Assembly (NCBI GenBank): GCA_964016885.1
Contig: OZ024754.1
Coordinates: forward strand, 3,658,001 to 3,722,000
From: Eledone cirrhosa
Lineage: Eukaryota
Reading direction: 5' to 3'
Length of the DNA stretch: 64,000 bases
Shown here: piece by piece, positions 14,313-29,897 of the stretch
Layout of the letters: every line of letters starts with the position of its first letter
Position numbering within the stretch: position 1 is the stretch's first letter
The notes under the pieces: generated by a model
The model's input: only the letters and a program-made list of their open reading frames with translations
Told to the model about the DNA's origin: nothing
Database searches by the model: none
Made by a program: the position numbers and the translations under genes

Positions 14313-15206
14313 TTCGGGGTTGGTGGATTAGAGGAATTATTAAGCTGTCAGGTGGTAAACTTTGTAATACGATTCTCTGAATTCTTAATTCAAACCCTGA
14401 CACTTTCTGCCAGTGTTTCTTCTAGCAGATAGACAACAATAGAGTTTGCTACATTAAACATTCATTAGAAAAAGTTATGATGAAGTCAAGACTTCCTCAT
14501 TGCAACACCCTTTCAAAAGATTTATATGAAATATATTCAGAATGCTCTATGAATATCCATATTCAATGCCCATAGTGATTTTGAATCTTCTGTCATTTTG
14601 TCCTTGCAAGGTACTCATTTACCCGCTCTAGACATAAATCTACCCCACTATATCTCAAACCTACTTGATCCAATTGCTTGTAAGCCTTTACTTACTCGTA
14701 TATAATCTAACGTTCTCTGAGCCACAGGAATTTCACACTGAATTTGAACAGAAGCAATTCTATGCAATTATTGCTAACATACGGTGTTTTCTGAGCCTAA
14801 GAACGAATGTTCAGTTTATGTTCAATGAAAATATGTCTATGTACAAAACACGTAAATGATAAAAAGCACTTATATGACCCACATGTTGTGGAAACACGAA
14901 CAAATACTAAAATATATAAATATATAATGAATAAATATATAGAATGTTGGCAATAGTAAATAATGTTATTATTATTTTTTTTTTACTTCTGGTCATTATT
15001 CAAACATTTCTCTTGCTTTATATATTCGTTCTATTTTGTTTCTTTATAAGTTTTATAATATTTCATATATTTTAGATTATTTCATTTTATTTCGAGGTTT
15101 ACTTTGCTTTCTTTTTAATATTATTTACCTCATCTCATCTATTCAAATATTTTCTTTACGCCAAGAACATGTGCTTTTTTTTTTTTTTTTTTTTTTTTTC
15201 ATTGAG

Positions 15207-15286
15207 AAACATAAAAAAAGGGGAACAGTAGAAAGGACTTCGGACCTCGCTTTTATAATTGGCTTTGACCCGACGGGCAGCATAAG
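15207..15286 (+). CDS. Weak candidate exon, KHKKRGTVERTSDLAFIIGFDPTGSI(R)
   Basis: Poly-T tract, atypical gag acceptor, strong donor AAG|gtgagt; phase-compatible with 11028-11089. Confidence 0.2.
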
Positions 15287-15581
15287 GTGAGTGTGTAATG
15301 ATGCTGCTGATGATGGTGATTTTAATGATAATTAGGGAGACAAGGAGGATGATGATGGACATGTTGATGAGTATTATTGTTGTTATTATTATTAATATTC
15401 AATGCTGTCCTTATTCTCTTCATTAAGCTAGCTTCTCCTCTCCTTTCTGTCCTTTCATCTTTTTTCATCTTTTTCCATTAATATGTTTATGGTGTATATA
15501 TGTGCAGTGTAAGGGTATATACATTTATACATTTAGAGTAGTTATCAATGGTGAATAGGCTGGTTGGAGCAATAACGTTCT

Positions 15582-15698
<117 letters not shown>

Positions 15699-15857
15699 AT
15701 ATGTGTGTGTGTATGTGTGTGTGTGTGTGTGTGTGTATGTGTGTGTATGTGTGTATATATATATGTGTGTGTGTGTGTCTGTGTATATATGTGTGTATGT
15801 GTGTATATATATGTGTGTGTGTATATATATATGTGTGTGTGTGATAATATACATGTG

Positions 15858-15917
<60 letters not shown>

Positions 15918-15921
<4 letters not shown>

Positions 15922-16398
15922 TAAACGGAATAGAAAATGCTGACAAATTGTTCACAGTTGAAAAATGGTTTAATTAGGAATAAAAGAGTATTAGTGATTG
16001 TATGGGTTAGTATTCAGTTGTGGTTTTAAGTTTTTAAGTTTTTACCGGTTGCGCATTTCTAAATGCTTTTCAAAAATAATTTTGAGATAGAGTGTCCGTG
16101 CTGTTTGCTCTGTTCTGATTAGTTTTGGGAATTCTACCTGTTTTTATGTTAAAAAAATGGCTCCAGCGTTATTTTTGTGTTGTAAAAATGCTTGTGGTCA
16201 AAACAATTTTGATTGGTCGGTAGAGGTCATGTGAATGTAAAAAGTTGATTTTGCGCCAAGACTGTTTTTATGTTAAAATGTTAGAAAAGTGGCTCCAGCA
16301 AAGATTATGGTCAAAACAATTTTGATTGGTCGGTAGAGGTCATGTGGATAAAAAATTGGTTTTGCGCCAAGATTGAGAAATGACTCTTTCACAACAAA

Positions 16399-16432
<34 letters not shown>

Positions 16433-16526
16433 CGTGTGTGCGTGTGTGTGTGTGCAGTAGTAGTAGTAAGGTATTCGATGCTGCGACAATAGCCACCAGC
16501 GATGTGTGTCAAATGGCTATTAAGAT

Positions 16527-16560
<34 letters not shown>

Positions 16561-16632
16561 ACACACACACAGCAGAGTCATTCGAAGGTCAAAAGATATT
16601 TTTCAGCTTTTGTCTTATACGGAGAAGTGCGC

Positions 16633-16663
<31 letters not shown>

Positions 16664-17305
16664 AGTCTCTTTGTATGTTGATGTACGCGTGTGTATGTGT
16701 CTGCGTATACATGTGTGCGTGCGTGTGTGTGCGTGTGTGGGTGGACCAGTATTTTTTTCCCCCCCCTGGTAAAATGGTGTACATTATTCGATTTTTTCAG
16801 TAAAATCGGTTCTCTTAATAGAACATCAACAATCTTAACAATGACCTCTACCGACCAATCAAAATTGTTTTGACCATAATCTTTGCTGGAGCCACTTTTC
16901 TAACATTTTAACATAAAAACAGTCTTGGCGCAAAATCAACTTTTTACATTCACATGACCTCTACCGACCAATCAAAATTGTTTTGACCACAAGCATTTTT
17001 ACAACACAAAAATAACGCTGGAGCCATTTTTTTAACATAAAAACAGGTAGAATTCCCAAAACTAATCAGAACAGAGCAAACAGCACGGACACTCTATCTC
17101 AAAATTATTTTTGAAAAGCATTTAGAAATGCGCAACCGGTAAAAACTTAAAAACTTAAAACCACAACTGAATACTAACCCATACAATCACTAATACTCTT
17201 TTATTCCTAATTAAACCATTTTTCAACTGTGAACAATTTGTCAGCATTTTCTATTCCGTTTACCAATATATAATAACTTGTGTGTTACACCTCTATTCTT
17301 TTAAC
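15918..17305. mobile_element. Long-IR element in (TA)n: 426-bp arms 15918-16343 and 16841-17266, plus about 35-bp unpaired right tail
   Basis: Arms appear to be exact reverse complements by eye; (TG)n-rich interior; family member at 27067. Confidence 0.85.
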
Positions 17306-17373
17306 TATATATATATATATATATATATATCTGTGTGTGTGTGTGTGTATGTATATATAAATAATATAAAGTA

Positions 17374-17411
<38 letters not shown>

Positions 17412-17935
17412 ATATATATATATATTTACATACATACATTATAAGCGGCCAATCAATTGCTCCCCCCTTATATTACTGATATCAAATATATCATATATTG
17501 ATGATATGTATGTCGACGTACTAGAGGTTATCTTATTTTCGCTTGTCAAGATTTTGAGAAAACTCAAGGAAAGAATGATAAAGGTAGGTGTGAGAGAGTT
17601 CTCCCCTATTTTTAGTGACACGGATCCATTTGCATCAAGAATTTGAAAATTCTAAAGCTTTTCTGAATCTTTTAAAAAATATATTTTGTTTACCGCATAA
17701 CCTCAAAAGCGCCATCTTCCTTGTCTGCACTGTGTAGCTCCTGAAAACGTTTTGTTTTAGTTTATAGATATGCGATGTTATGTGGTTAATAAGATAGTCA
17801 CATGAAAGAGGAATGTGGCTATACGCAGTTCAAGTGAGTACACAGCCATACATAAAAATATATTTTTTCCTATGTAGTATTTAATTTTAGAAGCTTTACT
17901 ACATCTATTAGAGTTGTTTTGGTGTTGCCAATATA

Positions 17936-17994
<59 letters not shown>

Positions 17995-18070
17995 ATATAT
18001 ATATGTATATATATATAAACGGAAAAAATGAAACGAAATTTCATTTCCCACTCTTAGTACGGCTGCTACT

Positions 18071-18102
<32 letters not shown>

Positions 18103-18138
18103 TACATATATATATTTGTGTATATACATATTTATATT

Positions 18139-18206
<68 letters not shown>

Positions 18207-18252
18207 TGTGTGTATATATATATATATTTGTGTATATATATATATATATATT

Positions 18253-18370
<118 letters not shown>

Positions 18371-18464
18371 TAGAGATATAGAGATATATATCCCACATCC
18401 CACTCCCTACCCTCTCCTACCACCTGAAGAGACCTATAAATACCATATTTATTTTTTGATACCC

Positions 18465-18515
18465 AGATTCCTGATGATTTCTAAAGAATGAAACAGTTCT
18501 AGTCCTGTAGAATCT
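18465..18515 (+). ncRNA. Complete type I hammerhead ribozyme (family C)
   Basis: agattc-CTGATGA-t ttc taaa gaa t-GAAA-cag ttctagtc ctg-TA-gaatct. Stem I 6 bp, stem III 4 bp, GUA cleavage triplet. Confidence 0.75.
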
Positions 18516-18527
18516 CATCTATATTAA

Positions 18528-18601
<74 letters not shown>

Positions 18602-18855
18602 ATATATGCCTCTGTATATATCAATATATATATGCTTACTATTATTGATTTTTCTTTTTCCCTTCTTTTTTATTCTCGCAGTTTTTTGTTCCGTCTTTCT
18701 TCAGCAACTTCAAAATAAGTCACTTGAAAGGGCACATACACGCCATCGGCTATTCCATCTTAGTTAAACTACTTCTATATTTAGTTTTCCATTCGGAATT
18801 AGACAACACCGACCTCTTTTTTCTCTCTCTCTCTCTCCCTCCTCCTCCTCCTCTC

Positions 18856-18890
<35 letters not shown>

Positions 18891-18892
<2 letters not shown>

Positions 18893-19047
18893 GTATATAT
18901 ATATCTATATCTATGGATATGTCTTTGTCTCTGTCTTTAGTCTAACACTCTTTATCGTCCTTCATTCAGGCACTTTCTCTCTATCTATCTCACTCCCTCT
19001 CTCATCCATTTCTATCTATCTATCTCACTCCCCCTCTCTCACCCATT

Positions 19048-19096
<49 letters not shown>

Positions 19097-19247
19097 CTAT
19101 ATGTATGGATATGTCTTTGTCTCCGTCTTTAGTCTAACACTCTTTATCGTCCTTCATTCAGGCACTTTCTCTCTATCTATCTCACTCCCTCTCTCACCCA
19201 TTTCTATCTATCTATCTCACTCCCCCTCTCTCACCCATTTCGCTCTC

Positions 19248-19332
<85 letters not shown>

Positions 19333-19466
19333 ATATATATCTATATGTATGGATATGTCTTTGTCTCTGTGTTTAGTCTAACACTCTTTAACGTCGTTCA
19401 TTCAGGCACTTTCTCTCTATCTATCTCACTCCCTCTCTCACCCATTTCTCTCTATCTATCTCACCC

Positions 19467-19530
<64 letters not shown>
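18891..19530 (+). repeat. Three tandem copies (about 190-245 bp) of a CT-rich composite unit
   Basis: tggatatgtctttgtct...ttcaggcactttctctctatc recurs at about 18912, 19105 and 19350. Confidence 0.9.
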
Positions 19531-19532
<2 letters not shown>

Positions 19533-19895
19533 ATCAATTACACATTCTCCCAAACAGTCTTTGACTGCCATATTTTGCCCACGCCCTACATACACTACTG
19601 TGACGGCCAGAATCCTGTTGGCTGGCAATTCCAAGCAGTATTGGTAGCGGTAGGGATGGTGAAGGCGACGCTGATAATGATGATAACGTTGACAATGCTT
19701 ATGATAATGATGAGGATGCTAGAAGCTTCGATGGTCTTGTGTCGACGTTTTTTATTGTATTGGAGATGATGATGACGACGAAGTCTGTGATGGGGATTAG
19801 AGTGATGGAGAGTATACTGGCATTGATAATTGACCGTCTTTGTGTTGGGTATTTACAGTGACGTACCTGCATCTTTGTATACTACCATTCTATGG

Positions 19896-19927
<32 letters not shown>

Positions 19928-19952
19928 TGTAATAAAGAACATAAGATAATTA

Positions 19953-20012
19953 TTTCATTTACCAGTGGTTTCTTGAAAGCAAACAAATCTGCTTTCAGTC
20001 GTCAGAATGAAA
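19953..20012 (-). ncRNA. Complete type I hammerhead ribozyme (family D)
   Basis: tttcatt-CTGACGA-c tgaaagcaga tttg tttgctttca a-GAAA-cc act gg-TA-aatgaaa. Stems 7, 10 and 3 bp. Confidence 0.8.
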
Positions 20013-20028
20013 ATATCCTGGTGTTTTT

Positions 20029-20090
20029 ATTTCATTCTGGCGACTGAAAGCAGATTTGTTTGCTTTCAAGAAACCACTGATAAATGAAAT
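20029..20090 (+). ncRNA. Hammerhead ribozyme, mutated mirror copy (CTGGCGA core, stem III mismatch)
   Basis: Inverted copy of 19953-20012 with two substitutions. Confidence 0.6.
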
Positions 20091-20339
20091 AATTATCTTA
20101 TGTTGTTTATTACATAACTACTAAGCTCTGTAACTTACATAGAGCACTCTTTTTTCCTGGACCTTTCCGACGGAATTACTTCACTTATATATATATTAAA
20201 AATTAAAATAAAGTAGAATGCTTTCCCGTATCACCAGCATGATTCAACATCAAAGAAGGATGAGTTGCTTAACGTCGAGTGCTTTCGTCATATTACATCA
20301 TTACCAATTCTACCCAAATCTATTCCGTCGCTTACTGCA

Positions 20340-20545
20340 CTACAACGTGTGTTACAGTTGATGCTCAGGGAGATTCAGAGTGACACAGAATGTGACAAGT
20401 TTGGCTTTTCCGATTACAAATACAATTCATATTTGTCAGCAACGTGAAATAAAGTGTCTTGCTCAAAGACACAACGTGCTGCCTTACGATTGAGAGCTTA
20501 GACCTTACGACCTTACGATTGAGAGCCACTCACATTCAGCGAAAC
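20340..20545 (-). mobile_element. Decayed SINE related to family B
   Basis: caacgtgaaataaagtgtcttgctcaaagacacaacg matches 10338-10378. Confidence 0.6.
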
Positions 20546-20803
20546 CATTACATACAAGACCAATACCACGACTATAAATATAACAACACCACCATCATCA
20601 AAACATCTCCACTGCCAATAGCATCTAGTGGCTTCAGTCTTCCAGCCGTTTCTCTTTCTTGTTAAACAAAGTTATAAACTGTTGGGTTCGTGTTTGGTTT
20701 TCCTATTGTCATATTGTCAGTTCATCGAGGTGACTGTCTTAGAAATGTATCAATAGAGAGGGCGACCAGTGAGTCAATAAACACACATACGTACAGCGCA
20801 AAT

Positions 20804-20858
<55 letters not shown>

Positions 20859-20881
20859 TCCCCCTCTCAGCCATTTGTCTC

Positions 20882-20912
<31 letters not shown>

Positions 20913-20913
20913 G

Positions 20914-21026
<113 letters not shown>

Positions 21027-21049
21027 GTAAACTGAGTTTTTCGAATATA

Positions 21050-21233
21050 AATAATTGTTTCTACGTTAGGCACAAGGCCAGCAATTACCCAGTGCCTTAC
21101 TGGTACTTTATTTTATCGACCCCGTGAGGATGAATGGCAAAGTTAACCTTGGCGGGATTTGAACTCAGAATGGCAAGGGCCGTAACTCTATACGTCAAAA
21201 CATGGCGTCCGACCCTCTACCAATACTGCCAAT
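21050..21233 (-). mobile_element. SINE family A
   Basis: Near full-length match. Confidence 0.9.
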
Positions 21234-21322
21234 AAATAATAACATTCGCTTCGTTTGCAATTATGCAAACAAGCCTTAATTTTATAGCCATGACAGTAGA
21301 ATGAACCCTTCATTTTTGCTCT

Positions 21323-21430
<108 letters not shown>

Positions 21431-21628
21431 CAGAGAGAAAATGACTGAGAGATATAAAATAGTTAGATAGATATATAAATATATATATATCCGTACGTGT
21501 GTATGTGAATAAGTATAATGTTGATCTTATGTGCGAATGTTATTAGGTTTCACGGTGCTTTTCCAATATCGGTGTAATGTATGCGGAGGCTTGTCTACAT
21601 ATATGTGTACCGAGGTATATACATACCA

Positions 21629-21660
<32 letters not shown>

Positions 21661-21911
21661 TAGTTAAGTGTGTAACAACAGATGTGTCTTTGCACATATA
21701 AGCTCGCATATCTGCTGAGATGTCGAGAAAGAGTCGGGCCCCCGCCCCTTCAATATACCATGTGCTGATCGATATCGAACCAATTGTAATATGCAAATAA
21801 AATTAGTACATATGCGGCAACACTGACTTCGACGCTCTCTCTCTCTCTCACTCTCTCTCTCTCTCTGCCTCTCTCTCTCTCCGTCTCTCTCTCACTCTGT
21901 TTCTCTCTCTC

Positions 21912-21975
<64 letters not shown>

Positions 21976-23526
21976 GTTGAAAGAGATAGAAGGCTAAACA
22001 ATGCAAAATGGATTTTAAGATTAGGTAACGAAAAGTAAAATCAATTTACGTACGTGGTAATCATTGTTTTGTTTATATATATATATATATATATAAATAT
22101 ATATATATATAAATATGCATTTGTGTGTGTATGTGTGTGCACACAACCTCCAACTCACCGATCCATTTAGCCATTCTACTCCTCAGTGTATATTTAGAAT
22201 ATAAGAATACGTTTGGCTATTTATTTGAAATGTTTTAAGAGACAGGGCGTCAGACAGATATATAGTAGAGTGGTAATATATGTAAACATCATTTAATAAC
22301 ACAACTATATATTATCTTCGTGTTAGCTTTGATAGAAACTGAATCTAATCATATTATATTCAAATCTTGACCATCAACGTATCTATTAAATATTTCAAAT
22401 TCAACGTAGCTGGTATATAGTTCTATTTGAGATTTTGCAACTATGTCTAGTATGTTTGAGAAGCGAGTAGGTCCATCATTGTTTTCTAGTAATTTTAGTT
22501 GTAAAATACCACGCCAAATTTATCACAGATATAGCGCAGTCAAATAACAAAGGACACTCCCTGATCGCCAAAATATAATTACTGAACAATCAAAAGGTCA
22601 ACCATTGGCGATAATTACTTCATCATTAACACAACATCAACCTCATTATAGTTGTCTAAATAGCAATAACATACATCACAAATAACAAATGAGAGAGGCA
22701 CAATTTTCTCATTCAATATCATTGAAATGGCAGCTGTATGACCTTCAAACGAAACTTGACGTCTTACAAAATTAACTGATTTTATAATATAATCCGTTGT
22801 AAAAAAAAAGACACGATGATTATCAGATGAAAGCCTTTGATTAATTGGCAGCTACCAGAGTCTAAATGTGACTAAAATTAGTAACAACAACTGCACAGTT
22901 CTGCTGTACCTGTACATCAAATGGCAAGCATTTAGAAGTATTATGTCACGGGCTTAATCTTTTTGAGCAATGCCTTAGAGATGGACGAGAGTTTGAAATG
23001 CTCAAGTAATTGACCGTTAGTTTCACAAGAGAGATCTTCCGATGATCAAATCAGCTGGTGCATTCATCATTTGAGCCAATATTAACTTCACAATCTACAT
23101 AGTTCCGGCTCCGATATTTTAACTACACAATATACATATATCCGACCCAGTTTTCAAACACTGGATCACTATCATTGACATGAATATTTCCTGGAAAACA
23201 ATATACGATGACTTAAAAAATCGTTTGGTATTGAACGCTCAACTCTTTTGTTTTCATGGTGCTGGTGCCTTAACATCGAAAATTGAGAACTTTGAGACGT
23301 ATCCTAGTCGAACTAGGCACACACTGGTCAACCTAGTCATCGTAATAGAGGTGATTGGCAACATTCTGGATATAACTTGTGTGAGTGTTAACGACAAGTC
23401 CGTTGACATGAAGCATGGCTCATGGGGAAGAGAGTCAACAAGATTCTGTCACTGGAACGATAGTCCCGATAAGGTATTGGGTTACTAGCTTGAAACAAAC
23501 CTCCAAATAAAATCGTAGTCGTACAA

Positions 23527-23527
23527 A

Positions 23528-23571
<44 letters not shown>

Positions 23572-23754
23572 ATAGTAGTAGTAGCAACATTTGATTTGAT
23601 GTGTTACTGATGAATCTGTTTAAAGCACAATAAACGTGAACAACTTAGCGACCGACATGTATAAAATATCATTCGAAGAAGACATTTAAAATATATTTAC
23701 TGCCAGACCATTTCATAAAATAGATGGTTCCAGGACCACAACTACTACTACTAT

Positions 23755-23798
<44 letters not shown>

Positions 23799-23810
23799 TT
23801 ACTACTACTA
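23527..23810. repeat. (TAG)n at 23527-23584 and (CTA)n at 23742-23810, mutually reverse-complementary
   Basis: Seen directly. Confidence 0.9.
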
Positions 23811-24208
23811 TATATATATATACGTACTAATCCGAGACTTACTCTTCAAGTTTACGTCAACGCCCTACATTTGAACGATTTGACATCTTTCCTCTTTCAT
23901 ATTACCCTAATAATATGTATGTATGTATGTATATATATATATATATATATATTATTATATATATATGAAGAGAGGGGTCGAGAGAGGTGGAGAGTAAGGG
24001 ATAGATAGATTGAGAGAAAGATATGAATGTGTAGGTTTTGTAAACCCTCCATCTCTCTCGCCCTCTCTCTCTGACTTTCACTCTGCCCCATCTAGAAATT
24101 ATGTTTGTCCATCTCATTTTCCACTTTTCTATCCCACTCTCGCAATCTTTTCTCTTTAATGATCCAGTAATACATCCGCCGTACACAACCATATGCTCCG
24201 AAACACAC

Positions 24209-24246
<38 letters not shown>

Positions 24247-24757
24247 ACACACATGTATGCATATATATATATATATATGTATAAATATATATGTATATAT
24301 ATATATGTATATATATATATATAAATATACGTATGGGTTATTTCTCTCTCTCTGTATATATATATATATAAAGAGAGAGAGAAATAGAGAGGGGGGTGCA
24401 GTTACGCGAACTCCCATGCACATATATATACGCACATATGTAGAAATATATACACACATATACATGAATAAATATATAGTAATCTCTACAAGAGGGTACA
24501 GTATTGTCTCTAGCTTACAACTTATCATATATCTAACTCTATAATAGAACTTTCACCGTTTAAAACTTTTCTCTATCAGACCCTTCCTCTGTTGTGATGT
24601 CTTTTGGCCTTGCAGTCTGCCTATCCCTTCTCTGATATTATCTCTCAATCCCTCTCTCTTGCTTACCCCAATATCCTTCTCTCTCCCTGACACTGCTTGG
24701 CTTGTATGTATATACATGTATATTTATATATTTATATATGTGTGCGTGTGTGTATGA

Positions 24758-24806
<49 letters not shown>

Positions 24807-24914
24807 TGTATGTATATACATGCATATTTATATATTTATATATGTGTGCGTGTGTGTATGAGTGTATATATAAATATGAATATATATATATACGTGCATA
24901 TATATATAGATATA

Positions 24915-24976
<62 letters not shown>

Positions 24977-24981
24977 GATGA

Positions 24982-25031
<50 letters not shown>

Positions 25032-25039
25032 GTATATAC

Positions 25040-25082
<43 letters not shown>

Positions 25083-25425
25083 AATATATATATAAATACA
25101 TAGAGAATGGGTGACAAAGGCAGGCAGATATGAGCCAGAGATTGTTAGGGAAGGGAAGAGAAAAATAGAGAAGAGAGAGACTGCTAGATTCGTAAAAATG
25201 ATAAAATATTTAGGCCGCAGTTTTTCTTTGCCCACATTTGCACCCTCCCCCCCAACCACCGCTATGTGTGTGTATATTCACAGACATAAGCGCACACATA
25301 CATACACACACACACACATAGATCTACACATAACGAGTGTAGTGTTCAAAGATAGAGATTGATATGTACAGACATCCATACATATATACATTGAAACGAA
25401 TGCGTAAATATATATATATACACAT

Positions 25426-25602
<177 letters not shown>

Positions 25603-25676
25603 TATACATATATATATATATACATATATATACATATATATATGTATATATATGTATAGGCATGTATATTTATATT

Positions 25677-25744
<68 letters not shown>

Positions 25745-25796
25745 TATATTTATATACACACATATATATATATACACACACATATATGTGTGTGTC

Positions 25797-25849
<53 letters not shown>

Positions 25850-26884
25850 GTGTGTGTGTGTATGTGTGATCCATATATGTAGTAATTACGCAAAAACATA
25901 AACACAGTCACTATGTAATACTTTACCGTTTTTTATAGAGTGTAAACAGCACGGTCTGTCAACAAGGTCTTTATTGCTTTATATGTTCCTCGTGTCAACC
26001 TCTTTACACATTGAAACATCGAAATAACAACAGGCCTGCCAATATATATTGTATGTACTAGTTACATGTCTTATGCGCTGTCGCTGCAGCATGGCTGAAC
26101 GATTAAGATGTTAACGTTGCAATCATTTGTAAACTTCTACGATCCGGCTTCAGTTTATGTCGAAGAAGTATCATTTACCATATCCTCGGTTTGAAGCTAA
26201 CTTTATAAATGAAATTGTGATGAATAAACTGCGCCGCGAAAGGATTTCATCTATAATTAAATGGACTACACTTGCCATAATATGTGTAGCGTCGAAATTC
26301 GCTGAGAATTATGTCATGGTTAATCGACTCTGTGTAATGGTCTTCTAAATTTACAAATAGACCTTTCCGTTGTTCAGAAAACTGAGATAGTTTTGTTATT
26401 CAGTACATCATCCATCTTTTCTTTCAGTAAATCACAGATTCTAATTCTATGTTATTGAAATTAACCCTGAAGCTCAACAATGTTATAGAATGTGGAGTTC
26501 CGCTATCAAAAATAACTGAAAATACACGTTTCAAGATCCCACCCACTAAATCTAATAACATCCCGAAACAATAATACTATGTAAATATGGACAAGGTTTT
26601 CAGTCGTATAATTTACATAGTAGTATAGTAACTAACATAAATGAAAGAGCATTGATTTACCTGCGGATTGCAACCAGTCTAAATAATCTTTCGTTTGATT
26701 GTCTTAGCGTTCTATTGTCCGTACGAAATCATACGAATGAAACATTTCTACTCCTGTGGAAATCATATCTATAGTATAACAATATAAATCTTCTCAACTA
26801 ATGTAGTGTGTTCTTTAATTTGGTGGATTTTCCCTGATCCGCTTCGGAAAACCAATTCATTTATGTATTTATATATATATTCTT

Positions 26885-27034
26885 GGCCTGGGCGACGCGT
26901 TATGTCCTTGAGGAAGACATGTTATTTCACATTGCTCCTTCTACCTGGAGTTGCGACCGATAGATAGTCTTAGCAATTGGAAAGACCAACAGAAACATTG
27001 TTTCCTCGGTCCAATTTGACGGAAGTCTATCGAC
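26885..27034 (+). mobile_element. SINE family B, 5'-truncated
   Basis: gcgttatgtccttgaggaagaca...ctacctggagttgcgaccgatagatag matches the reverse complement of 10237-10385. Confidence 0.85.
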
Positions 27035-27066
27035 AAATTTATATATGTATAATATATATATATATA

Positions 27067-27937
27067 TTGGTAAAAGGAAAAGAAAATGCTGAAAATTGTT
27101 CCCAGTGAAAAATAGTTTAATTAGGAATAAGTAAAAATTAGTAATAAGTATTGGTTTGTATTCAGTTTTAGTTTTAAGTTTTTACCGGTTGCGCATTTCT
27201 AATGCTTTTCAAAAATAATGTTGAGATAGAGCGCCCGTGGTGTTTGCTCTAATCTGATCAGTTTTGGAAATTCTACCTGTTTTATGTGAAAAAGGTGGCT
27301 CCAGAGGTATTAAAATAAGTTTCGCGCCAATTTGTGTTGCAAAAATTATTGTGGTCAAAACAATTTTGATTGGTCGGTAGAGATCATGTGAATGTTAAAA
27401 ATTGATTTTGCGCCAAATGTAGGTTTGTCGAAGAGTGTCATTTTTCGCCTGATGGTGAAGTCACTGAAAAATAAGTCTTTTAAGACAAATATGTGTGTGT
27501 GTAGTAAAGAGGTTCATTGTTGTGATAATGGTCAGTAGGGATGTGTGTGTGAATTGCATTCATGTTGAAAGAACATTCACGTGACCCCTACCGACCAATC
27601 AAAATTGTTTTGACCACAAGAATTTTTGCAACACGAATTGGCGCGAAACTTATTTTAATACCTCTGGAGCCACATTTTTCACATAAAACAGGTAGAATTT
27701 CCAAAACTGATCAGATTAGAGCAAACATCACGGGCGCTCTATCTCAAAATTATTTTTGAAAAGCATTAGAAATGCGCAACCGGTAAAAACTTGAAACTAA
27801 AACTGAATACTAACTAATACTTATTACTAATTTTTACTTATTCCTAATTAAACTATTTTTCACTGGGAACAATTTGTCAGCATTTTCTTTTCCTTTTACT
27901 AATATATCACAACTCGTGTGTTACACCTCTATTCTTT

Positions 27938-27940
<3 letters not shown>
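27067..27940. mobile_element. Second long-IR element: arms 27067-27396 and 27572-27902, plus the same unpaired tail (gtgtgttacacctctattcttttaa)
   Basis: Homologous to the 15918 element, with the same left boundary after (TA)n. Confidence 0.85.
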
Positions 27941-27997
<57 letters not shown>

Positions 27998-28341
27998 TGA
28001 AGAGAGAGAGAGTGTGTGTGTGACAGAAATGTAGATATATAGATATTAAAGTGAGGAGAAAGATATGAGTGTGTGCGTGTGTGTAAGTGCGTGTGCATGT
28101 GCGTGCATGTGCGTGCATGTGTGTGTGAGCGCGCGCGTGTGTGTGTGTGTGTGTGCGTCTGTGTGTAAGAGTTGGGTAAATAAGGATGAATAAATATTTG
28201 TCCTAAGTTTATATAAATAAGTACGACACATGAGCAGACACTGACATACATTTATGGGCGGATACATACACATATACTTATAGACATACATACGTACATG
28301 CATGCATAAATGTATACATACATTGGCACACACACACACAT

Positions 28342-28374
<33 letters not shown>

Positions 28375-28748
28375 CATATATAGAAGCGTATATACATACA
28401 TCAATTCTCAAGTACGTATATACTTACGCAGGTATGAATGCCCATACACGAGTAAAACCATAGGCACATGCAGTGATATATGTATATAAATGCATATATA
28501 CACATCGTCAAAGACACGCGCATACACATATTCTTTTCAATGGAGTGAATAGTTAATGAAAGGAGAGGGGGAGTAGGTTGTGAGGAGGACAGGAGGGGGA
28601 GTAAGAAAACAGGAAAATGAAGCGGAAATACCTAACAAAATATACTCACAGAACACATACACACACTTAAGCACACAAACATACGTAAATAAATATTTGC
28701 TCTTACACACATACTGATTTCCTACGTAAATGTATTTGTACACGGAGA

Positions 28749-28790
<42 letters not shown>

Positions 28791-29711
28791 CTTATAGACA
28801 AAAATACAACTACACTTACAGCCATTCACACAAACACTCGCACGTACACACACACAATCACAACGTCACAAAGAACACACAAACACACACACACAGTCAC
28901 AAAGTCACCTAGAACACCTAAGCACACACACGCGTCACTCTCTGTTTATGTATGTTCGTATATAATTAAAACAATTAATATTATATTGAGGGGAATGAAT
29001 GAATTAATGAGGCCGATAAGGGGGGAAATTTACGTAAAATGTTTATTCCGACGATGAGCATTCTAATTGTTTGATTCCTAGAACACCTTGCTAGTGAAAT
29101 TAGCATGTAATTAGCAAAGCCTTCAATATTCACGTGTATACATAACTGAGGTCACATAGAATCTGAACATGACACAGTATGTGACAAGCCTGACGTCATT
29201 CAATTTCAGGTAGACTTATTTTGCGTGAACGTGGAAAACAAATATGGAATCCATTATAGTTGAAACATTTTATATATTATGACATTCTAGCGTTAAAGAG
29301 TTTACCGTTCATTCTATGACCCTTTGAGTTTTACTATAAAATGTGCGAATGTGCGTGGCGTAGTCAATGAAGATTTGGCAGAGCTTCGTGTCATCGAACA
29401 TGACAAATTATTTCAGGATTATCCAATCCATCCACCTGGGGAATATAAGTTTATTTTTCGATTATTTAAGTGGTTAGCTTTTTACTTCACTGTGTTATGT
29501 TGATATTATCCAGAACCACATCAAGGGAACACCTGACTTTTTAAGGCTTAGTCTCTTTGCACAATAATTTCAGAAGTAAGGTGTTCCCGAGTCAGAAATA
29601 ACGGCTCTTCAATATACCCCCCCCCCGCTCCACACACACACGAAAACACACACTCATACACACATACTCTGCACAGCATGTACAGTACACGCCAAACCTA
29701 CGATTAATCTG

Positions 29712-29897
29712 ATAATTGTTTCTAGTTTTGGCACAAGACCAGCAATTATTCCAGTGCATTACTGGTACTTTATTTTATCGACCCCGTAAGGATGAAAAGC
29801 AAAGTTAACCTCGGCGGGATTTGAACTCAAACCGTAAAGGGCCGTAACTATGCTGCAAAGCATGGCGTCCGACCCTTTACCGATACTGCCAATCCAC
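29712..29897 (-). mobile_element. SINE family A
   Basis: Full-length match. Confidence 0.9.

Larger units (their letters stand above)
19922..20186 (+). mobile_element. Fold-back PLE-like mini-element between (TA)n tracts, with an HHR in each arm
   Basis: Arms 19922-20012 and 20030-20120, then an unpaired 3' tail ending in TATATA. Confidence 0.75.

Noticed and set aside
17551-17583. 33-nt micro-exon candidate; acceptors also noted at 18681 and 40793
   Set aside because: Splice signals alone are common, and these could not be placed in a consistent reading frame.
22600-23490. Microsatellite-free block with a 102-aa ORF; possible old LINE or gene
   Set aside because: No recognisable motifs in any frame examined.
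27446-27482. HHR-like ctgatgg...gaaa...gtc inside the long-IR element
   Set aside because: The core is non-canonical and stems I and III do not pair.
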